Assembly (NCBI GenBank): GCA_030141605.1
Contig: JAQGDQ010001213.1
Coordinates: forward strand, 1-54,932
Reading direction: 5' to 3'
Length of the DNA stretch: 54,932 nt
Source: Tubiluchus corallicola
Lineage: Eukaryota; Animalia; Priapulida
The notes under the pieces are model-generated. The model was not told the origin of the DNA. It made no database searches and was given only the letters and a program-made list of their open reading frames with translations. A program made the translations under genes and the position numbers. Of this stretch, positions 27,020 through 40,132 are shown in pieces (position 1 is the first letter of the stretch; each line of letters opens with the position of its first letter).

Positions 27020-27435
27020 ATAAATAAAAAAACATGACATTACTTCACTATTTATGTACACACTTCAGAATAAAATCTTAAAACTAAATTTCAAGTTTTT
27101 TGGTTTCTTCAAACCACTAAGTCGAAATTTATTGAGAACAATTTTATCAGTGCCTTTGATCAATTTAACCCCAAAGTGGTTGACTATATTTTTTTATTAT
27201 TTTTCTGCTTTATTATTTTGTATTAAGTACATTATTCCTCAACGTGGCTGTTTGTCAATTGATAATATTGCTAACAGTGTTCCGGTATCCAAATTCTTAT
27301 ATACGAGTAATATTTTAGTTTGTAATTTTTTAATATCTACAGTCATTATCATAAAAGTTGCCGGGAAATTGCATATATATTTCCCGAAGATAAATTTAAT
27401 TTTATGTGCCTACAAACCCCCTCCCCCCTCCTAAA
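27020..27435 (-). mobile_element. Possible highly degenerate LINE APE-endonuclease fragment
   Basis: Minus strand begins R-R-G-G-G-V-x-x-x-I-K, resembling the APE 'RGGGVAIY' motif. Heavily decayed otherwise. Confidence 0.3.
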
Positions 27436-27754
27436 TTCTCTAGCATTTTTCTTACTTAATGAATTTTCCTTTAACTACAGTCTTATAATATAGCCTTAAA
27501 TGTTAGACTTAGATTTGCTCTTAGAATAGTGAAAATAGTGAATAAGAGTGAAAATTTTATACGCAAGAGAATTTTAAACAGTGATGTAAACTTTACTTCG
27601 GTAATTAGACGTCATTGGCGTAGTTTGTTATGTCGTTAATTATTATTTGTGTTATTATTATGTGTCATGATTTATTGTATTATTTGTATTAATTTGTGAT
27701 GTGTATGGTATGAACTTTATAATATTAAATCAAAATCTAATGTCAGTTGTTTTA

Positions 27755-28112
27755 CGTACCACAGCAACGCTTCTTAACTGCAACCGTGACATTTGTGTAA
27801 AACAATGCCGTCTACCGCGTCAGTTCAGTAACTTTAGTTGTTTTACGTGGACATTACTTAATTATGCATTAGGTTGTGCGTAGAGCGATTTCCTAGCAGG
27901 ATCTTGCTTGGGCCAAGAAAAATGAACTAGGTAAGGTTCTACCTGGCTGTTAAAAGTGTTACTATTACAACAGCTTGGGCTGCTAGGCATTGTCAGGTGG
28001 ACACAAAGGCGTTGTCTGGTACAGTTAACCTTTGACCTTTTCACGATCATCATCAATAACCCTTAACCTTTAACCTTTTCACGATCATCATCAATCACTG
28101 GAACTGTGAAAA
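27755..28112 (+). mobile_element. Dispersed repeat family A fragment
   Basis: Matches 38310-38635. Confidence 0.8.
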
Positions 28113-28500
28113 GTTGCATCGTGCAAGCAACGTCATTTGTAACTTTGGTTTTGTAAAGAGCCATATGAAAACGAAAATTTTCGCGACCTATTGTCCCAGT
28201 TTCTATGGAAAGCAATCATGGCGCCTAGATAGTTATAATTTAAAATTTATCTCCACATTTCCTGGAATATTCCCGTACGTAAGTTATGGTGTCTCCCATA
28301 TCGAGTGCACACTTATATATTACCTTGTATTGCCAATATTGTACATCCAAGTCAACAGTTTGTCAAGCGGTTTATTAAATACTATGTCAATTGTAAACAA
28401 AGTAGTAATACTGTTAAGTTTGTGGTGTACCAAGCTCTGCTTACTGTTAAATAAACAATGGGTTTTAATTTACGACATACATGTTGCACATTGAACTGTA
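28113..28500 (+). mobile_element. Degenerate non-LTR retrotransposon RT C-terminal fragment
   Basis: KIFATYCPSFYG...W, then after a frameshift WNIPVRKLWCLPYRVH, resembles non-LTR post-RT motifs. Confidence 0.5.
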
Positions 28501-28531
28501 GTAGTTATCAGATAGAAAATGGATATAATAT

Positions 28532-28824
28532 TGTTACGGAAGCACCTGTGGCAGGTCAGGTGTAGGCCCTCTACACGTCCTGCTTCCACGTCAGCAGCAA
28601 CTCACCCCTTTCTTGTAGGTCCAGACGTCTTGTTTGGGCCTACACGTGGTGTGAGCAGCCAGCTGACCTGAAATGATTCATAAAAGTGTGTAGAGGTCAC
28701 TACAGCCTTGATTTCTGACACAGGTGCTCCTCGGGTGTAGTGCTGTTACTGGGTTAGTCAATTTTTTTGTGCACGTGTATTTTGTTCCCCTATTTTTATA
28801 AGTGCTGATAATAAACTCCGTAAA
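28532..28824 (+). mobile_element. Possible solo LTR
   Basis: Starts TGTTACGGA and ends TCCGTAAA (imperfect inverted termini), with AATAAA just before the end. No TSD seen. Confidence 0.35.
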
Positions 28825-29066
28825 GTGTAGTTTTCCTATATATTTATATTCTATGAGAGTTAAATGTTATAACAGGTATATGGTACTAGTTTACAGATAT
28901 TAACTTAGTTAATTAGCATAACATTTGTATTAAAATTAACATTAGTAGTTAAGTAATCAGTTACACAGTTTGCCAAGCAGATCAGTGAGAAAAAGGGTTT
29001 GATAGGAAACCAACTAGTAATTGTTAATACGGTTAGAGACTGCGTCGTGCTTAGAATGTAATGAGT

Positions 29067-31140
29067 TTATTTTTTAAACACAGCACAGCTTTGATAATTG
29101 GTCATCATCTGATCACCACACCATCTTTTCTTGTGCAACACGAAGACAGCCATCTTGTGAAGACGTTTCGTGGCGTGTCCTGATAGTGTGCATAGCTTTC
29201 TGGTCTTTGCTTTGTCATTACAAAGTGGGTTCTCAAATGTGCAGTTTTCAACATTGCCGTAGCGTTCCACGCGACAATCATTCCAAGTAAACCAATCGTC
29301 GGTGTTTCAACAACTGTCACTCATTTCTGCTGCTTCTTCAACTGACAGCTTTCTCGAGATGATGCTAAAGATGAAAATTGCCCCGTTTAACCCTTATAGG
29401 GTCACGATTTTTTACAACCGATTTTGGTAACCGGAGGGTAAAAAATTACCCCCACCATAATTCGTAAATTACTTTTGATAAGCCGCCGTGTTTCATTAGT
29501 AAACAGCAACAGCATAATTTGTGGTTATGCTAACCACCATAGGATACATTATACCTCTGCTTAAAGACGTGTGACTTACTAGTAATGCGAAATTTAAATT
29601 CACTTAGACATATTGTGCACAAAACATATTTAGAAAAAATCTGGGATGCGTATGGTAAAAGGGTAAAATGCAAAAAACCTGTTTAGGGGTAATTTTTACC
29701 CCCCCCCCCGTCACCCTATAAGGGTTAAAAATTAAGTTACCTCAACTCTATCACTGACGAAATCCTGATCCCGTCCAATAATGAAACATCCATCAAGCGA
29801 GATGTTGCCCAAGGCAATATCGTAAGTTCCAACATCGTCTACAGCATTAAAAAGACCTCTGTGACTAGAACTTCTACTTGAACCAGAAGTCACACAAGAA
29901 GTCACACAAGTTGCTTGTTTGATTACATCATTTCTGCTGCTCCTTCAGCTGAAAGCTTTTTCAAGATTATGTTAAGATCGAAAACTGCACCTTTTAAACT
30001 TTGGGTAGCATTAAGTCCGCCATCCACAGAATCCTGGTCTTGTCCAACAAGCAAACATCCATTGGGCGGAATGCTGCCAAAGTCAATATCGTAAGTTCCA
30101 ACATCTACATAGTTAGAATCTTGTTCACTATCTGCATTGCTGAGGTTAGCTTCTCTCATCCAGACTTAGTTTCGTTTGTTCTTCCGACACCATCTCTTTC
30201 GTCTACAGCATTAAAAAGACCTCTGTGACTAGAACTTCTACTTGGACCAGAAGTCACATAAGTCACTTGTTGGCTTGCATCATTTCTGCTGTCCTTCAGC
30301 TGATAGCTTTTTCAAGATTATGTTAAAATCGAAAACTGCACCTTTTAAACTTTGGGTAGCATTAAGTCCGCCATCCACAGAATCCTGGTCCTGTCCAACA
30401 AGCAAACATCCATTGGGCGGAATGTTGCCAAAGTCAATATCGTAAGTTCCAACATCTACATAGTCAGAATCTTGTTCAGGCCTGGTTTAGTTTGTTCTGC
30501 AGACAACATATGTTTCGTCTACATCATCAAAAGGACCAAACAGACCAGAACACCTGCTTGGACCAGAACATCCTAAAGAAGACTGAGATACAGTGACACA
30601 CTGAACTGGAAAATATTCTCCACAATCATCTGCATCACACACATTGCTGCAGCAGTCTGGCAAGTTAAAACACGCAGCATCACACCAACAGCCATGAAAA
30701 CTGGAACCACCACAAGTCTCACCCCTACGTTTTAATGGATCTGCCCCGTGCACGTCAACACTTATAAAGTACGTACCAGTAACTGCGTCGTAACGATGTA
30801 TAAACCATCTCTTAGTACTGTTTTCTCTGCAGTGGAGTCTGACTCTGTCTCAGCTCCATTTACCTTTAGTGACAGAGAGTTGCCTTTGAGAAACAAACAA
30901 AATGTATCATCAGCCTCTGTTGAAGTTGCATAGAAAACAAGCGTTCCCAGTATTTTCAGCGTCTAGATCCATCTTCACCTTCACCCTCACACACCGTTAC
31001 TGGTTCCAGTCGGTCAGCTATGACTTTATTTAACTTTATGTCAGTAAATTCAGAAAATACAACCTCGCTGTATAGTTCTTCGAAGTCAAAACAAGTTTTA
31101 ATCCCCTCCAGGCTTGAATTCCTTAGGAAACAAATCATCT
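29067..31140 (-). pseudogene. Pentraxin-domain pseudogene with a somatomedin-B-like Cys module and tandemly repeated pentraxin C-terminal halves
   Basis: Pentraxin motifs VTVC...GTLVFYATST (N-half) and GCLLVGQDQDSVDGGLNATQSLKGAVFDLNI..KKLS (x2, 351-bp period, plus a diverged third copy). SMB-like CGG...CWCDAACFNLPDCCSNVC. In-frame stops, frameshifts and a MITE insertion. Confidence 0.8.
29391..29724. mobile_element. piggyBac-type MITE
   Basis: TTAA TSD at 29387-90 and 29725-28. 16-bp TIR CCCTTATAGGGT(C/G)ACG and subterminal gggtaaaaaattacccc / ggggtaatttttacccc repeats. Excision restores the pentraxin frame. Confidence 0.92.
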
Positions 31141-31205
31141 ACAGATTTTATTTTCACCTGCTTCGACTTGACTTTGTACAGTAGCATATATACGAATAGG
31201 CCAGC

Positions 31206-31254
<49 letters not shown>

Positions 31255-31339
31255 CTATTTATTTATCTTTATATATATATATAAAGAATTAATATTTATT
31301 ATTATTATTAATATATATATATATTAATTCTTTATTTGT

Positions 31340-32000
31340 CATTAAAATGGCTGATTGGTTATTATAAAATTGAGTAAGCCTCGGGGTAATGTTACAACAC
31401 TGTTGAAGACAAATGCGTCAAGTGCAGACTAAAAAAACTAAAGTGCACAAAACCAAGGTCTAATTATGTACAATAAATCAACATATTTACAAACACCATA
31501 TTAAAATATTTTTACAAAACAATATTACAAAAGTACATTAAATTTTACATGACATATTTTACACTATATATACATTTGACATGACACAATTAACAGAAAC
31601 ATGCTTTACATTACATAAATTTCACACATTACATTTACACTATTTATACATTTGACATTAAAAAACTAACATAACATGTAGTACACTACATGATTTTTTT
31701 AATTTTTTTCATTTTTAATCGTTTTATGGAGTCAGAGGCGGGGTAGATGAAAGTTGAGTCTGTGTAATTAGTATCAGATGCATAATCTGGAAGTTGAAAC
31801 CTGTTATATTGATATTCTTTTAATTTCTTTTTAAAGTGGTGGAGAGATTCTATTTGTTTTATTTCACTGGGTAGTAAGTTCCATAAATGTATGGCTTGCT
31901 TTGATATAGAGTTATTTCCAAATTTATTGTTTACTGTAATTTGCTTTAAATTGTGTGTTCTATTGTTTAAAGTGGTAATAGCTATAGCGTAGGGCGCCAA
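31340..32000 (-). mobile_element. CR1/L2-group LINE 3' fragment
   Basis: RTHNLKQ...FGNNSISKQAIHLWNLLPSEIKQIESLHHFKKKLK is homologous to the 254-667 ORF. Confidence 0.75.
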
Positions 32001-32351
32001 AGTTTGAGAGGTGTCAAATTCTAGAAAAAATCTTTTTCTCCTTGGAAAATGTAAATAATTTCATATTCACGTGAAGGGCGCATTTTATAACACACCACAG
32101 GCAGTTACTGAGGGCAGATTTTATATAAGTGCCACGTAACGGACAGGTGCAAGGTATTACAAAACAAGCAGTTACGCAGCCTGCTTGAATATAAGCGCTA
32201 TGCACATACATGTAATTAATAATGACTACGTAGAAACTAGATTAATAGTATTCCTAATACACCACAAGTAATTGTTTAATCTACTCGTTACCTGAACAAT
32301 AATAAACTCACAATAGAGATGGGCGAGTGAGACGGTCTTCGTACGCCCCTG
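31990..32351 (-). mobile_element. Non-autonomous DNA element family C, copy 2
   Basis: Reverse complement of 11245-11540. Ends ...gtacgcccctg. Confidence 0.55.
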
Positions 32352-32753
32352 ACTGGATGTACTTTTGCTTCTGCGCAGGCGTCAACCACCATCAGCCACG
32401 TGACAAATCAAAACATCCAGAAAATGTAATCGAGTTGTCATTTTGAAAACACGTGGCAGCTCTTCAATCAGCTTGCCTTTCTTTGAAAATAAACAATGAG
32501 TCTCTGAACTAAACGTTTTTCAGACAAAATTACTTGACTAACAAATGATAATACATATTTCCTTCTGGCTATCTTGTAAAACGAAAGAGCAGTCGTTGAA
32601 CTGAAAAATTCAAGCAAATTTAAGCAGCCTGACATGAGTCTAATTACGTGACAAGAAAGTCTATAACATTCCTCCTTCGGGCTATTTTAAAGGAAAATGT
32701 TAAGCAAAAATGTGTGGGAAATAACTTGCTAAAGAAATAAGATTAAGTGTTAA

Positions 32754-33337
32754 AGCACAAGAAAATCCTCCACTTAAATCAAAGTTAAAAAGTTCCTCCT
32801 GGAATTTTGTACCACTTACGTACTGTCTTTTTGCATGCAGGAGTTAGACGCAGCCATTTTGACGATAAGTCATTTGAAACAAGTTTAGATAACACTGAGT
32901 AAAGTTTTAAAAAATAATCCGAGCATTCGTAGCGCACACGTCACTGAGTAAAATTTTAAATTACCGTTTCTTGTCAATAAGATTAAAAATACGTTTTTGG
33001 TTGAGCTGTGCACTCTGGAGGGAAAACCGGCGACATTTTACCAATCGACACAAACACTTTAATTATTAGTCTAGTTATATAAGTCTTTTCAGCAGGCAAG
33101 CAAAGTGCTAAGTAACACAGATTTGCATAGACAGTTTTTGGGATATAATTTAACATTTCTTTTTCTTCCCTAATTTATATTGTGCGTATATGACGTCATG
33201 TAATACTGCCATCGGAACAGTATTGCGAGAAATTTAAAATGAAGACAAACAAAAAATCCTTTCAACGCAAGTACGACATACGCTGTAAACTAACATAATT
33301 TTCTGAAACCTACTTCAGGTATACCTTTTCTTGTCCT
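32754..33337 (-). mobile_element. TTAA-flanked MITE (Kolobok-like), copy 2
   Basis: TTAA at 32750-53 and 33338-41. TIRs AGCACAAGAAAA / TTTTCTTGTCCT. Internal similarity to 16345-17025. Confidence 0.8.
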
Positions 33338-34035
33338 TTAACGTAGAAAGATGAGTTTTAATTAAGCACCTGTATATTATCTTGTCTCCGTTTTTTCAGC
33401 GCAGTTTTTCAGTCTGGCTTCATCTGCCCGCTGAAGCACTTGATGTCATTATCAATAGCTCATGTATGCAAATACACCATTAGCAGCATGATGGTTCTAT
33501 TCAGTAGTCATCTTTATCATTTCTAACCACGTGTACTTGATACGTCAAAGAGGAAATGTATGCAGAAAGCAGTTATGAGAGTCGTTAATGAATCCGCTTG
33601 CAGAGCGTGACGCCACTATCATAATAGAACCGAGTGAGCAGATATCACTTTCTTGTTTATCCGCATCCGCATAATCCGCAACTGTACATTCTTTTCTTTT
33701 CTTCTTCTACGAATTTTCTTCTTTTTCTACGAAGCCCCGAGTTAAAATCGTTGACCATTGACAAATTCCTTGTAAAATAAACAATTTTTAAACACGTAAA
33801 GTTTGAGTTTAAAGTTATATTTTATTATTGCATCTGTAGTTTAGATTTTGCACTGACACATTTGCCTCCAATAGTGAATGTTTTTTTAACTATTACTGAT
33901 TGAGAATCTTAATATTTTGTTCTGATTCTCAATATTATTATGGCAAATGAAGATGTTACTGAACTATATTATACTTGTGAATCCACTACAAGGACTCCGC
34001 GCATCTACACCACACTTCAACAATTTCGTTGGTCC

Positions 34036-34862
34036 CTTCACTTCACTTCATTTTACTACACTTCACTTCTCTTTACTTCACTTCGCCTTACTTCACTTCA
34101 CTTCGCTTCACTTTACTTTATTTTGCTTCACTTCACTTCACTTTACTTTACTTCATTTCACTTCGCTTCATTTTACTTCACTTCACTTCACTTTATTTCA
34201 TTTCGCTTCACTTCACTTCACTTCATTTAATTTCACTTTACTTTACTTTACTTTACTTTACTTTACTTTACTTTACTTTACTTTACTTTACTTTACTTTA
34301 CTTTACTTTACTTTACTTTACTTTACTTTACTTTACTTTACTTTACTTTACTTTACTTTACTTTACTTTACTTTACTTTACTTTACTTTACTTTACACTT
34401 TACTTTACTTTACTTTACTTTACTTTACTTTACTTTACTTTACTTTACTTTACTTTACTTTACTTTACTTTACTTTACTTTACTTTACTTTACTTTACGT
34501 TACTTTGCTTTACGTTACTTTACTTTACTTTACTTTACATCACTTCACTTCACCTTACTTCACTTCACTTCTCTTTACATCTCTTCGCCTTACTTCACTT
34601 CACTTCAGTTCGCTTCACTTTAATTCACTTCACTTCACTTCATTTCACTTCATTTCACTTCACTTCACTTCACTTCACTTCACTTCACTTCACTTCACTT
34701 CACTTCACTTTACTTCACTTCACTTCACTTCACTTCACTTCACTTCATTTCTTTTCATTTCATTTCATTTCATTTCATTTCATTTCACTTCACTTCACTT
34801 CATTTCGCTTCACTCCACTTCACTTCATTTCACTTCACTTTACTTCACTTCACTTCACTTCG
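34036..34862. repeat. Pentanucleotide microsatellite (CTTCA/CTTTA)n
   Basis: Read directly from the sequence. Confidence 0.97.
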
Positions 34863-35019
34863 CTGTCTTTGTTTAACTTTCTTTTTATCCGCATATCCAC
34901 ACAAACCGCAAATGTTCATATTCGCATATCCGCAAAATATAGGCAGAAAGCTCACTATAAGTTTTTTCCTTTTTAAATGAGGCCCTGAGCTATAATCGTT
35001 CATCATTAACAAATATACT

Positions 35020-35092
35020 GCGTTGTGTGGCCGAGTAGTTTAAATTTCGGACTGCAACCACGCAGTCTTGAGTTCGATGCCAGCCAACTCCA
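35020..35092 (+). mobile_element. tRNA-derived SINE head or tRNA pseudogene
   Basis: A-box TGGCCGAGTAG (35028) and B-box-like GAGTTCGATGC (35070). Stems pair poorly. Confidence 0.5.
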
Positions 35093-36041
35093 ACACGTAT
35101 ACTTTACATATTTCGTTATTAGCGTGTTGAGCCCTTACCTGTGTTGTTGTAAATGTAATGGTAGCTACATAGCCGTTAGTATTGAACGTTTCTGCACTTT
35201 ATCTGCTGTTTTTCTTGCATATTATTTTGCAGGGCTGATTCATGTATGAATATTTACGAATGTATGAGTTTTAAAAACTGCCTAATCTAAACGAAATAGA
35301 CTGTCTACTCTAAAGGGAGACAGGATGATTTTTTATATACAACCCCATTTTCAAGTCCGACAAAAAGCATACATTTTAACACAATTAATACTGCAAAAGC
35401 GTTTCTGGTAATTAAATAATAGATTAAAAACTTAATTAACGACGAGCGAGCCCAGCTACTGATGACATCATAAACTAACATAATTTTCAACAGCAAAAAT
35501 ATTCAACGAGCGTGTTGCACCAGTTTGTAAAAGAGAAAATTGAAGTACAGTGCTACTGTAAGATATTCAGAGTGTTGTACTAAAACTAGATAAGATAAAA
35601 ATTCAAATTTCAAATTTACCGCTGTGCTCTCGCATGAGTTGTCGAACGTGTGCAGTACTTCATAGACTAACACATTTGAAGTGAGACGTACAGCGCCTGT
35701 TTTTTGTACGAAGCGTTTCCGAAAAGCGGTCGTTGGTGCCCGTCTAACTAACGAAAGGCGAAATCCATGTAACAGCGAAGAACTAGTGACGCGAACGCGA
35801 AATTGTGTTTGTGTGGTAATAATTCTTTCACGTAAGTGATTTTTGAAAAGCTAGTAAGTTTCCTTTCAATATTTTAGAGTAGATTGTTTTGACCTGCAGT
35901 TTAAGATTGAGTCAATTTTGCTTTAAATAATTTTACCTAAAATGTACTTTCTGCATTGACACGGATTGTAATTTTAAACTATAAACATTATACTAAATGT
36001 CTGTGAAAATATAAATATCAGCGTAACGTGCTTTTATTTTG

Positions 36042-36115
36042 TTGATGACGGCGATGACGATGATGATTATGACGACGACGATGATAATGATGATGACGAC
36101 GACGACGACGACGAC

Positions 36116-36155
<40 letters not shown>

Positions 36156-36197
36156 GTGGTGGTTTTGGTGGTGGTGGTGGTGCTGGCGGTAGTGATG
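36042..36197. repeat. (GAT)n/(GAC)n/(GGT)n microsatellite
   Basis: Read directly from the sequence. Confidence 0.95.
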
Positions 36198-36619
36198 TTT
36201 TCTATTATCTCTTATCACAAGGTCCCGTTTTGCTCTGAACTAAACCCACTTCTACCGGTCAACCTTCGTGTTTCTCTGTTGTACGAACCTCATCATAAAT
36301 TCACAATAACGCTGCAAAGCTGCAGTAGTACGGTAAACACGTGAACCACCAAACAATGGCCGCGCCACTCACGCGCGTCAATGTCGTGGCAAAAAGTGAG
36401 ATCTTGATTGTACAATGCGCTCGATGATTGATTGAATTGAACCTCGTGTCATCGGGTTGAGAAGACTGGAGTGTACATCAGGAACAGCTGTGTTTGTAGC
36501 GAGTACAGTGCGCGTTATAGGGATCAAGCCAAGCGAGGGCTTCACGGAAGCCAAGCAGTTAGAGGCTGAAACAATGGTGGCACACACGGAAATCGTCACG
36601 GTCGTTAGGTTGCTAATTA

Positions 36620-37470
36620 GTCAAAACATTTTCACATTAAAATCGTTTTTTGTATCGACCATTAACATGTGGAACAACTTACCACAGAACATTCGTGAAA
36701 TTACACCCATTTCACACTTCAAACAAGAGCTCAAATCTCATTTAAGTTCTTTGTTGCGTAAGAAACATTTTTCATTTGGTAAACCTCCAATATCAGTGCA
36801 TCATACGCGCATGAGAATCTGATTTTCTCAGGTAAACTACGACCTTTTCTCTAAAGATAATAATGGTCATCCAGTATTGCCCAATTGTAACTGTGGATTT
36901 CGATTTGAGTCTGTCGAACAATTTTTGTTGCACTGCCCATTGTATCAACAAACTAGCGTAGTTATGTTTGATAAATTAAATGCTATACTTCTGCCCGAAA
37001 ACCTTAATATAGCTGCCTTAGGAAGTAATGATCTGTTAAAGTTGTTATTATTGGAAAAGATGAATTTAACTATGTTGCTAACTGTAAAATATTTCAATGC
37101 ATTCACATGACTCTATACTACGTACTAAACACTTCCAGTAGTTTCTATCTGATATGAAATGCATCAGTCTTAAATATTCGTACATTAATATTTTCTAACC
37201 GTCATTTTCCACTAATGTCTAATGTAATTTTGTAGTAAAACTTGTCAGCTTCTGTAGCTATAGTCTATTCTTACTGTAAATGTTACTAATGTCTAATATA
37301 ATTTTGTAGTAAAACTTGTCAGCTTGTGTAGCTATAGTCTATTCTTACTGTAAATGTTACTAATGTCTAATATAATTTTGTAGTAAAACTTGTCAGCTTG
37401 TGTAGCTATAGTCTATTCTTACTGTAAATGTTACTAATGTCTAATGTAGTCTTGTAGTAAAACTTGTTAT
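36620..37470 (+). mobile_element. LINE 3' fragment (ORF2 end with CCHC knuckle; 74-bp tandem repeat in 3' UTR)
   Basis: SFFVSTINMWNNLP...FKQELK...HTRMRI and CNCGFRFESVEQFLLHCPLY. Same family as 46551-47057. Confidence 0.8.
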
Positions 37471-38309
37471 GATGTATTGAAGTTATTTACGGATTGAGTA
37501 ACGTTATTTTGAGTTTAGGCCACTGTCTTTCGTCAAGCAAAAATCAACCATTCATAAAGTTTCTATCAGTAACAAGATTAGAGCTTATTCACAGACCTGT
37601 TATCTATAGTAATGTACTTTTTATTACAGTAATACATAGATATAGAATTGATGTACTTAACTATATAGTACATTTACATTACTTTTATTTTGCCTTTGTT
37701 GTTCTCAATGTGACATTTTGGTATTTTTGGACATACTTTTTTCTGGTCATCCAATATTATAGTCTATTTGATCGAATTACGTAGAATTATAATCAGTAAA
37801 CTAAGTAATTAACTAACTAACTAGCTAACCAACCAACCAACTAACTATAACTAACTATAACTAACTAACTACGAACGAACGAACGAACTATGGAAGCCCT
37901 TTTTGCCCCCCCCCCCTTCTGTTTTATGATGATGATTTTTTTCGTTGCGAAGCCATTCAAATACTGATCATTATAAGCATGATAGTAAGGAATTAACCAG
38001 TGGTCAAGTAAGTGCCTTTTACCATCTCAGCACCTGTCCCGCTGCCTTGGATCACGTAAGAAAAGCAGTTTGTAGCAAAATTTTGCAGCCTTTACCACTT
38101 TATCAGAGCGTTTTCCATATAATGACATGGACCATGCGAATCGGCATCATCTCACTTTTCAAAAAATAAAAAAGGCATTCTATGATGGTAATACAAAAAC
38201 ACTTTTTTGCGGGTAGGGCAACCAACCATTTCGAAGGTTTTCGTGACAAGAATAATTTTTTCACAGTTCCGTTGTGCACACGCGTAGTTGTTGTAGATCA
38301 GAGATTAAG

Positions 38310-38960
38310 TGTACCACAGCAACGTGTCTTAACTACAACCGTCACGTAACATGTGGGTAAGGTAAAGGCGTCTGCCGCATCAGTTCGTCAAACTTCTGTT
38401 GTTTTACGTGGACCTTACTTAATTGTGCATTTGTCTGTGCGTAGAGTGATTTCCTAGCAGGATCTTACTTCGGAATAAGAAAAATAAACTAGGTAAGGCT
38501 CTAGCTTGGTGCTAAAACTGTTACTATTACAACAGCTTGGGCTGCGAGGCGTTGTCAAGTGTACACAAATGTGTTGTATGGTACACTTAACCTTCGACCT
38601 TTTCACGATCATCATCAATCGCTGGAACTGTGAAAAGACTTCAGAGTAGCTCAACATGTCACGAAAATGGACTTTACATCATATGACGTCAGAAACTAAC
38701 ACTACAGTTCATGATCATGGTTATCGCGGTACTGCCTTTTGTTTGTCGGCCACGCGAATGTAGCAAAAAGGCACTGTTGCCAATCTTAGTAGATTCACTG
38801 AGCCGCGCGTAGCTTTGAAAGTTTGACGAGATTTGAGTATCCGAGATAATTATTATTTAATCTAAGCTTTGCTTTAAAATAAGCTATTGTAGCTTTCAAT
38901 ATTTTAGAGCATTCTTTATTCTGAACTAATGTTTATACAATCGTCCGGTTTTCCTTTAAC
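38310..38960 (+). mobile_element. Dispersed repeat family A, most complete copy
   Basis: Starts ttaa|gtgtaccacagcaac, the same boundary as the inverted copy ending ~45268. Joins the segments seen separately at 2846, 8455, 27755, 44960 and 50615. Confidence 0.75.
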
Positions 38961-39182
38961 CTTCCTAAGAGAAACAATTGGACAATGCTCGTTAAAAGAT
39001 GTGATTCTGGCAAAGGATAATTAAGCCTGACGTTACTGAAATTAAAATAATTGAAACACAATAAAATACACATGCTTTACAATAACTTGTAGAAAATGGG
39101 CATGATGTTAAGTTGAAATTGTATGTATTTCCACTGATTACAGAATCCACTAAATTTTCCAGTTGCGTGTGCAGTGAACTGC

Positions 39183-39830
39183 CAGTGGCAGACATAGGGG
39201 GTGGGCCCAAGCTGCCTGGGCCCTCCCTTGCACAGTAACAGTTACAACACATAAAATTTATATTTTCTCTGAATTATAAACATTAGAACAATTTGCTAGA
39301 TCCTAATGGTGCCTTATATCTGTAAAAATTAAGAAAACCGATGAAGGAAAGTTATGTACATCATGTATGCTGTATAGTTTATATCGATATATTGGTATGT
39401 GTTTTTAAGTCGAAGGTGATGTGACACGTTTGCGTTAGTGTTACTGCTTAAACGCGTGATGTCACGAAAATGGGCGCTACGTCATATGACGTCAGAAACT
39501 AACACTTTTTATAAACTAGTGAGCTTCCTTGAAGAAGTGACCTCTAGAAGGCAGAAAAGTGGTCTCAAATGCAGTAAAATGTATTGTTGTCTGGGTGGAC
39601 CTCGCCGGGGAGGGTACATTGTCCCCCCCAGATCCCTAACTGCTTTTCTATTGGGTTCTGAAACCTGTATCCGCCTCTTCCTTGAAGAAGCGACCTCTAG
39701 AAGGCAGAAAAGTGGTCTGAAATGCAGTAAATGTATTGTTGTCCAGGTGGACCTCGCCGGGGAGGTTACATGTCCCCCCAGACCCCCTAACTGCTTTTCT
39801 ATTGGGTTCTGAAACCTGCATCCGCCCCTG
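39183..39830. mobile_element. Possible hAT-like non-autonomous element with an internal ~153-bp duplication
   Basis: Ends cagtggcagac... / ...atccgcccctg. Direct repeat at ~39524-39677 and ~39678-39830. No TSD found. Confidence 0.4.
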
Positions 39831-39916
39831 AGTGCCATATTTTTCTCTTTTTTCTCTGTAATGTTTACGAATATTGATGATTAAAAAAGAAAGCTTCGTT
39901 TAGTTAACAAAGTCAT

Positions 39917-39922
39917 TTTATT
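39917..39922 (-). promoter_or_regulatory. Candidate polyadenylation signal of the neuropeptide gene
   Basis: AATAAA on the minus strand ~210 nt after the stop codon. Confidence 0.55.
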
Positions 39923-40132
39923 TCTTAGACATTGAAGAAAATTTCTGATCAAACCGATTCTGTTAGCTACGATAACTCGTTTTATCAACGGAATATTTAC
40001 TGTCGCGGATGAATGCATTTACGCGGATGGATATAACAATGATTTAAACGCACTGTAACTTACTTTGCAACAGTTAAAGATTTCCTCTGTTGCCAAATCT
40101 GTATATGTGGTACAAAAGAAACAGTGTGTTCA

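Noticed and set aside
35020-35092. Functional tRNA-Cys(GCA)
   Set aside because: A and B boxes are present but acceptor and anticodon stems do not pair well.
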